Source: Chlorokybus atmophyticus | Taxonomy: Eukaryota; Plantae; Mesostigma and Chlorokybus algae | Assembly: GCA_009103225.1 (NCBI GenBank) | Contig: RHPI01002161.1 | Coordinates: 68,145-132,144, forward strand | Direction of reading: 5' to 3' | Length of the DNA: 64,000 nucleotides | Shown here: positions 49,128-60,199 of the stretch, one piece after another | Position numbering within the stretch: the first letter of the stretch is position 1 | Layout of the letters: each line of letters starts with the position of its first letter | Notes under the pieces: model-generated | Told to the model about the DNA's origin: nothing | The model's input: the letters and a program-made list of their open reading frames with translations, nothing else | The model's database searches: none | Made by a program: the position numbers and the translations under genes

Positions 49128-51639
49128 GTCGTCCGGCTAGCAGGCATAGGCAGCAGCCAACCTGCTTCAGCACAGATTGGTCTGCCCGGGCGTGCGTACG
49201 CCATGCTACTCGCAGTGCGCAAGCCTGTGCTGTCTCTCTCCCTACAGCCATTGGCTGAACCGGTTGCTGTCGTACTTTAAGAGCATCCAGTTTTGTCGAT
49301 CCAGTCCAAAAAAACACTGCCTTGTGCAGCATCTGATTATCTGATTCACATGGCCTCGGGAGGCCGCCTCCCCCATCCGCGTCATCGGCAGCGGACGGGC
49401 GTCGACGTGCCGTGTAACGGGTGCTCCTCGTAAACAGGGCTATCAGTGTTGACAACAAGGGTTGCGCGTTACATGTCGTTACTCGCGCACAGAAATTTGC
49501 AAAACGTCAACTTGCAGAGGCTGTTATTAACCATCATCTACCCATCTCCAAAACAGCTACAACTTGGATCGGTGTTTGTAGGCTGCTTGTGTGCGGCATT
49601 GAGAGTCTTCAGCTTGTTGGTGTTTGACACAAGGAACATCACTTTGAAGTAAAGGCGAGCTGATTGCAGCGCATTTTAGCAAAGCCGGATTTAACTGCGG
49701 TTACTTGAAAAGGCTGTCAATACCACGCAAGATAGGGCAAAGAAGAACTAAATCATCAATCAACCTCACTGTAGCTTAGCTTACTTCGCATGTGTATCAT
49801 TTCGCATGATTCTTGGCTTTCCCGCATAGCACTGCACAATGTACTCCACAGTTTGTCATGCTGCGTTGAATACTTGCTGCGATATTGTGCAATATACTTT
49901 ACATTGCACATCACAATCTATCATGTTGACAGAAACCACACTTGTCTCCATTACAATTGTTGCAACGCAGTGTTCTTTTTCATTATAAGATTATTGTCAG
50001 CGCACATGCTGTACGGTGGTTTTTAAAAGTCGTCGATGACATATTACGAAAGATACACAATATGGCAAGTTGTATATCAGAATATATGCTTACTTACAAG
50101 CGTCCCAAGTTAATCAAACGCATTAACCAATGTTATAACAACCGCCTTACAGCCCTTGCGCGTTCATACAAGGAATGCGGTTGTTCTTATATCGTTATAA
50201 ATTTCGTACGCTCAATATCAAAAAATCAATTGTTGTAACGCGATTATTCTATCAACAGGCAAGACACAAATACAAGTAGACTTTACCCTTTATATCAAGT
50301 TTGTCTTGGCTTGTGAGCAATGCATTGACATTACTATTCAAAGCGTATCAGTGATCAAGCAGCACTCGAGTTATTATTCGAGCACTTGTATCGTGTACAT
50401 ATAGTATAAAAAGGAGCGCGAGCGTTATACACTGTTGTGTTTTATGATTTGATGCGATGATCATGAGAAGAGCCATTCCACCGGGTTTCGAAGATCAATA
50501 TTGGCTCTTCAAAAGTGCCTGATGTGTTTGGATGCATGCTTGCATGCATGTAACTAAAATGACTTCGACATCGTCATTACATAGGGTCGACGATATTATA
50601 GTATAACGTGTCACCGCTGTGAATGTGTTGCTGCTTGCGTTAAACACTCTGCATAGGAAGGCCTTGCATACTGCTCATGGTACTACCGTGGTACATGAAA
50701 CGGACAAAGCTTGTGGACCAGTGGTCCACTGGCTTTGTCATTGTTGTATCCTCCCTCCATGACACACAGTCTGTGTCGACTCGCCAAACTCACTGCAGTG
50801 AGTGCAACACTCCGAGTGCTGCGGGAGTGTGGTCGTCGGCGATTCCCAGCAAGCAGCGTTCGACAGTGTTCCCTCTTGCACAACGCCATCCACATCACCA
50901 GCAACATCACCGCCGACAACAGGCACCATCACACAACCAGCAGCTGCACACGCGTGCGTGAGTGAGGGCAGATTCCACCTCTTGTGCACTGGGACGCGGC
51001 GCAGGTGGCGGGGGGGACAGCGTTGGGGGGATTGCTGACGAGCGAGGGCTGCGCCGGGGTGTTGAGTAAGCGGAATGAGTGTGGGTGTGGGCGAGGCCTT
51101 CTCTTGCGCCATGGCGCAGCGGACGGTGGTAGGGTTTTGGTGCTGCTAGGCCGGGGCGGCGAGGTGCGGAGTCGCCCCCTGGTGAAACGGCGGCAAGGCG
51201 GCAGATGAACGACGACCACGTGGATGTGAGCATGGATCTCGTCCGTGCGGCTGCATAGTTGCCGTTGGCTTTTCCCAATTGCACAGAATGGCTTACGAAA
51301 GCTGCAAAGCTTGCAACATACTTGATGCATGCAATAAGTTTGTCAGCCTTTTTATACTTTTCTCTTTATTTCGCTTTAATCAATGCATTTGCAATCCGCA
51401 CTCACAGCCCACTCAGAAACCAAGAACTTGACTGCATGCCCTGTGAGCCTGCCATGCAAGGCCTTAATTGTGGCCTGCACATGGACACGTGTTTGTTTAT
51501 TTTCGGTTACCATTGGACACAGTGCTGCTACTCTGCGTCTTGCAGAGCTGTGGCGGTAGCTTGCTGAGTAGCATGTCCAGAACTTAACTGTAGTTTCAAC
51601 ACTGTACCCCATAGAAGGTGATTGCAACTGGCTTGAGTT

Positions 51640-53130
51640 TGATATAGTTGTCAACTGCGCAGGCCATAGCGTTGCTCGATGAATCTCATGCAGATGCGTC
51701 CACAGCTGCGACATCCCCCGTGCCATTGGTCGTTGCACACGCACCCACAACGACAACAACAACTGCATCAGCTTCTATTCAAGAGTCTGCAGCAGGACTT
51801 GAGTTCACGCCCACCGCACTGGCATTCCCACCATTAACAACAGGTGCCCCCACTACTACTGCAGCCGCCTTTGCGAGCACGACCCCGAACGCACAATCCG
51901 AGCAACCGCCAGCAGATGGTGTCACAACGCGCCCTTTCAGAGCACATGACAGAAAAGGTGAGGATTTGCTCAGTGTCGGTGAAAGGTTTAGTAGAGTCAG
52001 CCTGGGATGACTGAGTACAATGCTTGGTTTCTTGTCAGATTGGATTGATCAAGCACCACTATCGCACATTAGCGTTGAGGAAGATGGAGTCACGAAGATT
52101 GCGCACATGGCAAGGCGGTGCGGGGGTTGCAGCATGAGCAAGAACTGCACAGAAACGAAGCAGAAGAAGTTCTATTTGTTGTCATGCAGTGCTGCGTACC
52201 AGCACCACGACACATGGACCGGCAGCTTGCGTGGTAATGCCTCCACACAACAGTATGATCTTGTATGTGTGCCTCCTGCCTGTGCGCAGCACAGTTGTCA
52301 GGCAGATATGGACTGAGTAAAACCACGCAGGCCAGCACAAGCTCTGCCTCAAGTGCTGGAAACGTCTTCAGGGCCGGTGTCCCCTTTGCCACATCCCTCC
52401 TGAAGAGCGCCGCCAGCTGTTAAAGCGCACTGCATCAACGGCAGACACGCCGCCGCCTGAGGACAACAGCACGCCTGTCAATGACAGGTGAGAAACGGCT
52501 GCTGCCAATACTCAGGGGAATGTAACATCACACTCAACAAGCAAGGAACTCCCAATTGTGCTTTGGGCGTGCATGGTCAGAACAAGCGTCCGCCAGACCT
52601 TCAACCTTGCTGAGGTGTTGGCGACTAAACTGTGTGCCTCAAGTTATTGTGTGGCGGACTTGCGTTGCAGGCCTCCAGGCAGCAAGCCGTCAAAGCCAGT
52701 GAAGCCGGCTACGAGCACAAAGGCAGTGCTGCGCACGCGGCTTGCAGAAAAGGACTCGCAGCTGGAAGCATTGAAGTCGAAGCTTGCAGATAAAGATGCA
52801 GAGATAGACAGGCTTAAGCAGCAACTTACAGTCGCAACGCAACGGTTGGGGGATGGCGCGAGTGAGGCTGTGAGCAGGTTTGTCGGTTTGGTCAACGGAG
52901 AGGCTGAGCGCAGGGCAAGGCAGGCCGAAACCAGAGCTGACATGGAGCATCAACGGGCGGAAAGGCTCTCGAGGGTGGTTCTGAAACTGCGACAGCTGGC
53001 GTCCATCATGATGATGGAAGAGGTTGATGGGCTGGTGGTTCCTTCCAACAATAATCACAGGGGCAATGAAACTGCAGAAAGACCCGCAACTGTTGATGAA
53101 CTTGCGTTGCAAAGAGAAGCTCCAGGTTGA
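51640..53130 (+). CDS. RING-type zinc finger plus C-terminal coiled-coil protein (5' end unresolved)
   Basis: 'RCGGC' (~52117) and spliced 'VPPAC|QHKLCLKCWKRLQGRCPLCH'. The final exon has heptads 'LRTRLAEKDSQLEALKSKLADKDAEIDRLKQQL'. Confidence 0.5.
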
Positions 53131-53493
53131 ACACTGCTAGGTTCAGGATACAATCCGGTTACTCAGAATAAGTGAGCTGGTATAGGCATACTTACTATAG
53201 CCGATCAGTTCTGCAGCCAGGCATCGCTACCTGTCAGCAGGTGGGTGAGTCTTCTGTAACACTTGAAGTACAGGATACACGCCCTGATTGGGCAAGTAGC
53301 TTGAGCGCAGGTGGAAAGACAGGCAGTTCTGGGTGCACAAGTTGGTAGCTAAGCAGGTACTCATAGAACTTGCAAGCGAGCAGGTAATTGGCATTGTGGT
53401 TGCGAGTGCTCCCAAGCATTGTTGCAAGTGGCTTTTTCAGCACGGAGCCTTTACACACGTGAAGCCTCCTTGATTGCGTAGGTATTTATTCAC

Positions 53494-53591
53494 ACATGGA
53501 TTTCAAAGCAGCTTTATTGTACAGTGTTTTTGATAATGAGTGTACTACTTGAACTTATCAAGGACATATAAGCTGCACTCAAAATCCATGT
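53494..53591. repeat. Imperfect fold-back (~98 bp)
   Basis: Paired blocks acatggattt/aaatccatgt, gcagctt/aagctgc and ttgataa/ttatcaa. Confidence 0.6.
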
Positions 53592-54619
53592 ATGCTCACC
53601 ATCGTTTTGATATCATCACACCATGAGCCTCATCAACCGTCTGCTATCAGTCAAGTGCACAACGCCGCAAGACAAACTGTGCGGATGCATGAGAGGTAGA
53701 GATTGTAACATGCTTGTGATCGCGAAGCACTACTCGGTGACAGTTGCTTCGCATCCGTCATGTAATGTCTACAAAAGATGGAGTGCTGATAAGTGCGTAC
53801 ATGCAGCCCGTACTCACACCCGCGCACGCGCGTGAAAACTGCACGTGTGGTGTAGGCGTGTGCGTGCATGCATGCACCCGCACATGCGAGTGCAAATAGA
53901 AAAGGCACCATTGCATAGGGTATGAGTCATATTTGCAAGAATGCAAGCGAGCATGCAGCAAGCATCGCGTGTGTACATAGGGTAAAGGAGAGGGGCCCCC
54001 AGTAGCAGCAGCCACAAGCACACCAGCAAGCACACGAGCCAACACGTATGCACAGCAGGAGTGGTAGAACACTAGAATTTACAATTACACACACACGGCC
54101 GCACAGCGCATGCCCAAGACAGGCGCGCTCAGCTAGTAAGTAATTCACCCAATGTCATACTCCTTCCCACCAGCACAAGCATCATCTCATCACGCACAAC
54201 CAGCAGTTTACTTTAACAACAACAACAAACCCTAAAGCTAAGGGGGCTGGCTAGCTTGGTGCACGCCAACCAACCAGGAACGACGCCGACAGCAGGCGCA
54301 GCTGTATCTGCAAAGCGGAAGGTAGGTAGGCACAGAGGGAGAGGAGGAGGAAGACGTTAGGCCCTGACTCGACTGACCAGAACCATAACCACAACCACAC
54401 AACCAGCCCCCACGCCGCTCGTGGCTTGCTGGAGTGATATAGTCCTGTCACAACTCACAACGCAACCATGGCTGCAGGCCATTGGCATAGTTGTTACACA
54501 TAGCCGCTAGGCACACATAGCCGTTAGGCACAAGTCGTAGAATAAAGCGGGCACGAAGTGCTCCCCACCGTTGTGTGCATACATGCATACTTACCTCACT
54601 TACCCAGCGATTGCCCTGT

Positions 54620-55520
54620 TCAACCCACGTAAGGTGTTGCTGAAGCGGATGCAATTGCCTGAAACAAGTGCCTGTAAGTGCCATCAAACACAACTCCAGG
54701 CCTGGACCACAGCACAGCACGCAAACGAGACAGCAAAATTCTTCTGTTGTAGCCCATGGCCTGTATATCGTCCAGAAGACGTGTGATTTTCTCCAAGAGA
54801 TGAGCACGATATGTGGATGTCCTGAGGAGCCTAAAGCATTGCGACACAACCATAATCTGCTTCGTTGCGCGCGCTATGTTAAAGCTGGGTGTGGTGCTCG
54901 CATGGTAGGCACCCCAACAAATGCTGGTTCCCTCCGCTTACGGTACAAGCGCGTCACCAATATCAGGTGTTTGGAACACAAGCATGTCCAAATATGGCAG
55001 CTGTACTCCATGTGCTGTCATGGCCAATATCAACATGTTTGGTGGATAGATCCCTCTTGCTGAAGCGATATTCAACTTGTACAACACGTCCGCGAAGTCA
55101 GGATTACCAACAACCAGTAGATATTCAACAGAGCGGACAATGCCTCTAGCATAGTGCACGAACACAAGACGAGGTACCAAAGGCTTGTATACCCGTGACC
55201 AGTCCAGCTCCTAGCTTGTGAGGAAGTCGTTTGTTAGGTAGACCCCTGCGCTATTGCCCATGGGAATCCTAATAACTTGTTTGTACCACCTGTCCGCTGC
55301 AGTTCGCACATACAAGTTACCAACCACGTAGGTCAGTAAAGCATGCAACCCCTTAGCAGTGAACACTCTGGTTTGCCCCTCAACAATGATGGTGTGTCCT
55401 ATTGCGCATCTATGGGACACAATGCTATTTAGCACAGTAATGTGCGGAGTGTTAGCACAAATGGTGATGTGCATGTAATCAAACGCAGCATCAATCACAC
55501 TCTGCATACATCGCAAATTT
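54620..55520 (-). pseudogene. Decayed Penelope-like reverse transcriptase (Naiad/Chlamys-like), 5'-truncated
   Basis: One frame with two in-frame stops: 'YKQVIRIPMG...LTNDFLTS*ELD', degenerate YxDD ('RSVEYLLVVGNP'), 'GIYP', 'YLDM' and a thumb-like 'VVSQCFRLLR...GYNRRIL'. Confidence 0.72.
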
Positions 55521-55529
55521 ACACGGTGG

Positions 55530-55967
55530 CTGACAAGGGACTGAGGGACTGACGGGTGCCTGACCCTGACTGATCCTACCTGACGTAACGGATTGGTCCA
55601 TAAAGGGACTTTTTAAGACGGCCGTTATTGCTAAGCAACATATACCGACGGCAAGCGGTCGGCCGATGGGTACAATCGACGGCGGCCTACCTATAACGGC
55701 GACACCGCACTTTAAGGTGACGGCCGATTGTCGGTCGTCCCATTTGCGCGATGGCGACCTATCTGTATAGCAAATAAGTCACGTTTTGGTCACATACAGT
55801 GACAGCCGACCGTCGGTTGTACCCTAATCGTCGGAAAGTATGCGTGACGGCCTGCCTACTATGGCAAGCCAGTCACCGTTAGTCGCTATCAGGTGACCTT
55901 ATCGCATTCATTAAGTGACGGCCGACCGCCGGTCGTGCACTTAACGCGGCGACGACCTAACGGTTAT
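55530..55967. mobile_element. Left part of an unclassified non-coding repeat that hosts the chromovirus
   Basis: Abruptly replaces the 5' part of the PLE. GTGAC(G/A)GCC recurs at 55717, 55799, 55844 and 55915. The sequence continues after the TSD at 62832. Confidence 0.45.
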
Positions 55968-56306
55968 TGTCAGGAGAGAGGGTGTGCCCCTCCTCCCTTT
56001 AATCCCCTACCCCAACACCACCACCAGCCTCGCCGCCGCCGCCGCCACTGCCGGGGCAGTTGCCAGAGCAAAAGATGCTCTGGCTATGGCGGCCGCTGCG
56101 TTAGCAGCGCCGCCATGCAGCTGATATCAACATGAGACTCATGTCTCATGTCGATATCAGTGTTATAGTTAAGTAACACTACATTAGGGCCTTAACACTA
56201 GGTTAACGACCCTAATAAGGCTTAATAGGCTGTATAATCCCGTTGGGACCCTTATTTAATCCTAAATAAGGGCGGGGAACCTCTATGGAGGTAGCACACC
56301 GTTACA
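55968..56306 (-). repeat. 3' LTR
   Basis: Identical to 62493-62831 except A56129 versus C62654. Confidence 0.98.
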
Positions 56307-56320
56307 TTCCCCCCCACTTA
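56307..56320 (-). promoter_or_regulatory. Polypurine tract
   Basis: The minus strand reads TAAGTGGGGGGGAA immediately before the TGTAAC of the 3' LTR. Confidence 0.9.
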
Positions 56321-56428
56321 GGTTTTAATGTCCTCATTGAAGGGTTAGCAAAGCCCCATCACGAGTCACAAAACGAAAGCAGTGAGAGAACCAGGGCCGA
56401 AGCGGTAAAGATGTCTGCCAGCACCCTT

Positions 56429-59400
56429 TTACCGTTCGCGTGTGGACACAGTACTCCAGTACCCCCGAAGAACCTCTTGGCAGTTGGTAAGATTCCTTTC
56501 GGGCTCCCATGTATTGTGTTCAACACCATACCCTTTCCATTTCACCAAGTAGGACGGCGCGCGTCCGCGTCGAGGCTTACGGTGACTTAGGATTGCTTCC
56601 ACCTCATACTCAAATGTATTGTCACCATCCACTGCGACTGGGGGTGGAGGAGGTTGAACCCGACCGTCTGATCGGTACGGTTTCAGTACACTCACATGAA
56701 ACACATTGTGAATTCGTATCGACATTGGTAAATCCAAACGATACGCGTGAGTGCCGACCCGATCAATCACTTTGAAAGGGCCTATCCAACGAGGGAAAAA
56801 TTTACGGGTACCCACTCCCTTGATGGATATATTTTTGGTACTCAAAAGTACTGAACAGCCCACATCGTAGCTGGCCTCCCTACGATGCGCATCAGCATGG
56901 GCTTTTTGTCTATCTTGCGCTGCGCGCAGACAGTGCTTTGCCAACGCTAACCTATCCTGCATGGCCGAAGCCATCTCGCGCGCTGCAGGTACGCGAGTCA
57001 CGTCAGTAGCGGGCAACTTAATGTTCGCAGGACTTAGTGGATGCACTCCGTAATTCAAGAAGAACGGAGTCTCCTGCACACTCTCTTGCCATGCATTATT
57101 GATCGCAAATTCAGCCATTGGGAGATAAATATCCCAATCACTCTGATTCGGGCTCACATAATGCCGGATGGTTTCCTCAATCGCTTGATTGGCGCGTTCT
57201 GTTTGACCATCCGTCTGTGGATGGTAAGCAGTGCTCACGTTCTGCTGAATGTGTAAGAAGCTGCATAGCGACTTCCAAAACTGAGCCACAAATCGCGGAT
57301 CGCGATCTGACACGAAGTTGCGGGGCAAGCCATGCAACTTGAACACAGACGCGACAAAAACCATCGCCAACTCACGGGAGCCTATCTCCGTGCGACAAGG
57401 GACAATGTGGACCATTTTTGTTAAACGATCCACGAAAACTGCAACCGCAGTGTGACCTAATGCTGTCTCTGGGAGCTCAGTAATTAAGTCCATACTCACA
57501 CTTTCCCATTTGCCATCAGGAACAGGCAAAGGTCGCAGCAACCCAGCGGGTTTCTGACGTAACGGCTTGTCACGCTGACATTTGTCACAGGTGTCAACAT
57601 AACGCTTTACGTCAACAGGCAACGATGGCCACCAGTACAGCTGTTGCGCTGCCTTGGTAGTCTTGCGATTTCCAAAGTGCCCAGCGTACGGTGGGTCGTG
57701 TACATCAGCTATGCATTGCATGCGTAGCCCAGCATGGTCAGGTATCACCAAGCTAGCACCCATATAATACAAGTTGTCTCGTGCTTCAAGCTGTTGTATA
57801 TTCTCTTGCCGTGAGAACCATGGGTCTAAGGAATACCCATGCAAAACAGATTGCACAAATGCATCATTAGCGGGCAATGTAACTTGCGTCGCAAGCAATT
57901 GCGCACGCATAACTGCCAATAATGACGGACAGCGACTTAAAGGATCTGCCACATTAGTTCTGCCAGGCCGATATACCCATTCAAAAGTAAATCGCGACAG
58001 AAACTCATTCCAGCGAGCTTGCCTACGTGACAAGGTCAGCTGCGTTGAGAAGTATACTAATGGGTTGTGATCAGTCACCACTGTGAACTGAACTCCCTCT
58101 AAGTAACATCGCCAAGTTTCGAGAGCATGTACGACACCAAGCAACTCTTGCTCAGTAGTAGTGTAGTTTACCTCCGCTGGGATAAACTTCCTACTTTCAT
58201 AAGCACATGGTCTGCCGTCTTGCAGTAGTACTGCACCACACCCAAGGGTGGAAGCATCACTGACCACAGTGAAATGTTTATCCCAATTTGGCAATGCCAA
58301 TTCTGGAGCTGAAGTTAATGCTAACTTCACTTGTTGCATAGCAGCTTCTTGGTCTGACGTCCAAGAAAATGGCGCGTCTTTTCGCAACAATTTAGTCAAG
58401 GGCATTACAACTGTAGAATAGCCCATCATAAATTTGCGAAAATAATTTGCCAATCCCAAAAATGATCTCAGTTGATGAATATTTTTGGGTTGAGGCCAAT
58501 TCTTGACAACTTGCACCTTGCGAGGGTCAGGCTTTACACCCGCACCACTCACAACATGTCCCAAGAATGGTAACTCCGATTTGCAAAAGTCACATTTTGC
58601 AAGGCTGGCAAATAAATGATGCTTCCGCAACAAAGTAAACACCGCTTCTAAGTGTTGCTTATGTTCCTCTTTGGTTTTACTAAAGACAATAATGTCATCC
58701 AAGTAAACCATAACATACTTGCCAAGTATATTACCGAAAATTTTATTCATTTCCTTCTGAAACACAGCAGGCGCATTCGTCAATCCAAAGGGTAGCACTT
58801 TGTATTGATAATGGCCCGAAGGTGTTCTGAAAGCTGTCTTATAGACATCAGCGGAATGAATTCGGATCTGATGATATCCACTTGTCAGGTCTAATGTACT
58901 GAAGTATGCATTACCTGATAGTTTATCAAACACGTCATCAATCCGTGGCAACGGGTATCGATTTTTCACCGTGATTTTGTTTAAAGCACGATAGTCCACA
59001 CACATGCGCAATTTTCCATTCTTTTTCATCACAAATAGGATGGGTGCGCCAAAGGGTGAAGAACTTGGTTCAATCAATCCTTTTTCCAATAACTCCTTGA
59101 TTTGTGTTTCCATTTCCCCCCTTTCTCTAGGGCTTAGCCTATATATTGGCCGAAAAGGAGGATCACTATCAGGAATTAATGGTACAGTGTGTCCGACACC
59201 TCGGTCAGGAGGCAAGCCCGGCAACTCATCTGAGAACACATCTTGATATTCCTCAATGAGGTTTGCCACACCTTCAGTACTACCCGGCGCAATGTCATCT
59301 GATGAAGACAAATGTACCAGAAAAGCCGGTGTGTTTTTGCGCAACGCACGTTTCACCTGTAGTGCCGTGAGTAACGCAGGGTCGGGTTGCTTGAATTCCA

Positions 59401-60199
59401 AGCTATGCGACCCTTTCACAGACAATGTAATCCGCTTACCGCCTTTCTTTACTGTGCACAAGCGTGCACCCGTATCCAATGTCATTGTGACATTATTTTG
59501 CCATTCTTGGCCTAGTACCACATCAACACCAGATATGTTGATTGCTACTACTATAAAGGCAAGATTGGCATAATAATTACCAATTTTAACCTTCAATTTT
59601 ACTTCTCCCGTCACTGGCAATGTACCCCCAGCACCGGCAGCCGAAAATGCTGAGGGTTTGCGCATGATTTTATTGCGCGCAACCCATTGCTCGTCCACGA
59701 AGTTGTGTGTCGCACCAGTGTCAATCAAAAACGAGCTATTCACACCTTGCATTGTGCCACTGAATGTCCACAACAAAGGTACCACTCGTCCTTGAAAGGT
59801 AGCCAAGAATCCGTGACTAATGCGGGGGTTGATTAATATTGCTGATAATCGAATTGTCCCAGTCTCGCGCTTGGTGAATTGTTTTAAAACAGTACCCCCT
59901 CGAGTATACTTCAACCATGGGCCATGATATTTTGGCACCATTGCTACCACACTCAGGGATCTGTGTTTACATTGCAATTCACTCAATGTGTGCAACACGT
60001 CGGTAAGCATGTTAAATTTCACATGTACCAGTACACAAGTATTTGCTTCCACTGTTGCAACATCAAACAGTGGTAACTTGTGATGTGTTTGCCATGCATG
60101 CGTCATTACATGCATTTGAGACAGATTATCAAACCAGTTAACTGCTTGTATCTCAAGCAACTGACTATCAACCTTTGCTACATCAGCCACAGCGTAATC
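56429..60199 (-). CDS. pol: Pol: extra N-terminal domain, aspartic protease, RT, RNase H, integrase, chromodomain
   Basis: 'FLIDTGATHNF', 'LRMCVDYRALN', 'YLDDI', 'VSDAS', HHCC zinc finger, 'ESVSMDLITELP', 'WIGPF' and chromodomain 'YEVEAIL...YLVKWKGYGVEHNTWEP'. Open frame directly after the gag TAG. Confidence 0.96.
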   Translation of the reverse strand, partial: DYAVADVAKVDSQLLEIQAVNWFDNLSQMHVMTHAWQTHHKLPLFDVATVEANTCVLVHVKFNMLTDVLHTLSELQCKHRSLSVVAMVPKYHGPWLKYTRGGTVLKQFTKRETGTIRLSAILINPRISHGFLATFQGRVVPLLWTFSGTMQGVNSSFLIDTGATHNFVDEQWVARNKIMRKPSAFSAAGAGGTLPVTGEVKLKVKIGNYYANLAFIVVAINISGVDVVLGQEWQNNVTMTLDTGARLCTVKKGGKRITLSVKGSHSLEFKQPDPALLTALQVKRALRKNTPAFLVHLSSSDDIAPGSTEGVANLIEEYQDVFSDELPGLPPDRGVGHTVPLIPDSDPPFRPIYRLSPRERGEMETQIKELLEKGLIEPSSSPFGAPILFVMKKNGKLRMCVDYRALNKITVKNRYPLPRIDDVFDKLSGNAYFSTLDLTSGYHQIRIHSADVYKTAFRTPSGHYQYKVLPFGLTNAPAVFQKEMNKIFGNILGKYVMVYLDDIIVFSKTKEEHKQHLEAVFTLLRKHHLFASLAKCDFCKSELPFLGHVVSGAGVKPDPRKVQVVKNWPQPKNIHQLRSFLGLANYFRKFMMGYSTVVMPLTKLLRKDAPFSWTSDQEAAMQQVKLALTSAPELALPNWDKHFTVVSDASTLGCGAVLLQDGRPCAYESRKFIPAEVNYTTTEQELLGVVHALETWRCYLEGVQFTVVTDHNPLVYFSTQLTLSRRQARWNEFLSRFTFEWVYRPGRTNVADPLSRCPSLLAVMRAQLLATQVTLPANDAFVQSVLHGYSLDPWFSRQENIQQLEARDNLYYMGASLVIPDHAGLRMQCIADVHDPPYAGHFGNRKTTKAAQQLYWWPSLPVDVKRYVDTCDKCQRDKPLRQKPAGLLRPLPVPDGKWESVSMDLITELPETALGHTAVAVFVDRLTKMVHIVPCRTEIGSRELAMVFVASVFKLHGLPRNFVSDRDPRFVAQFWKSLCSFLHIQQNVSTAYHPQTDGQTERANQAIEETIRHYVSPNQSDWDIYLPMAEFAINNAWQESVQETPFFLNYGVHPLSPANIKLPATDVTRVPAAREMASAMQDRLALAKHCLRAAQDRQKAHADAHRREASYDVGCSVLLSTKNISIKGVGTRKFFPRWIGPFKVIDRVGTHAYRLDLPMSIRIHNVFHVSVLKPYRSDGRVQPPPPPVAVDGDNTFEYEVEAILSHRKPRRGRAPSYLVKWKGYGVEHNTWEPERNLTNCQEVLRGYWSTVSTRER

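Noticed and set aside
50738-51330. Possible minus-strand gene or first exon of the RING gene
   Set aside because: No frame or splice solution could be supported without RNA data.
54200-55960. Hammerhead ribozyme associated with the PLE
   Set aside because: I found no CTGANGA...GAAA core by eye on either strand.
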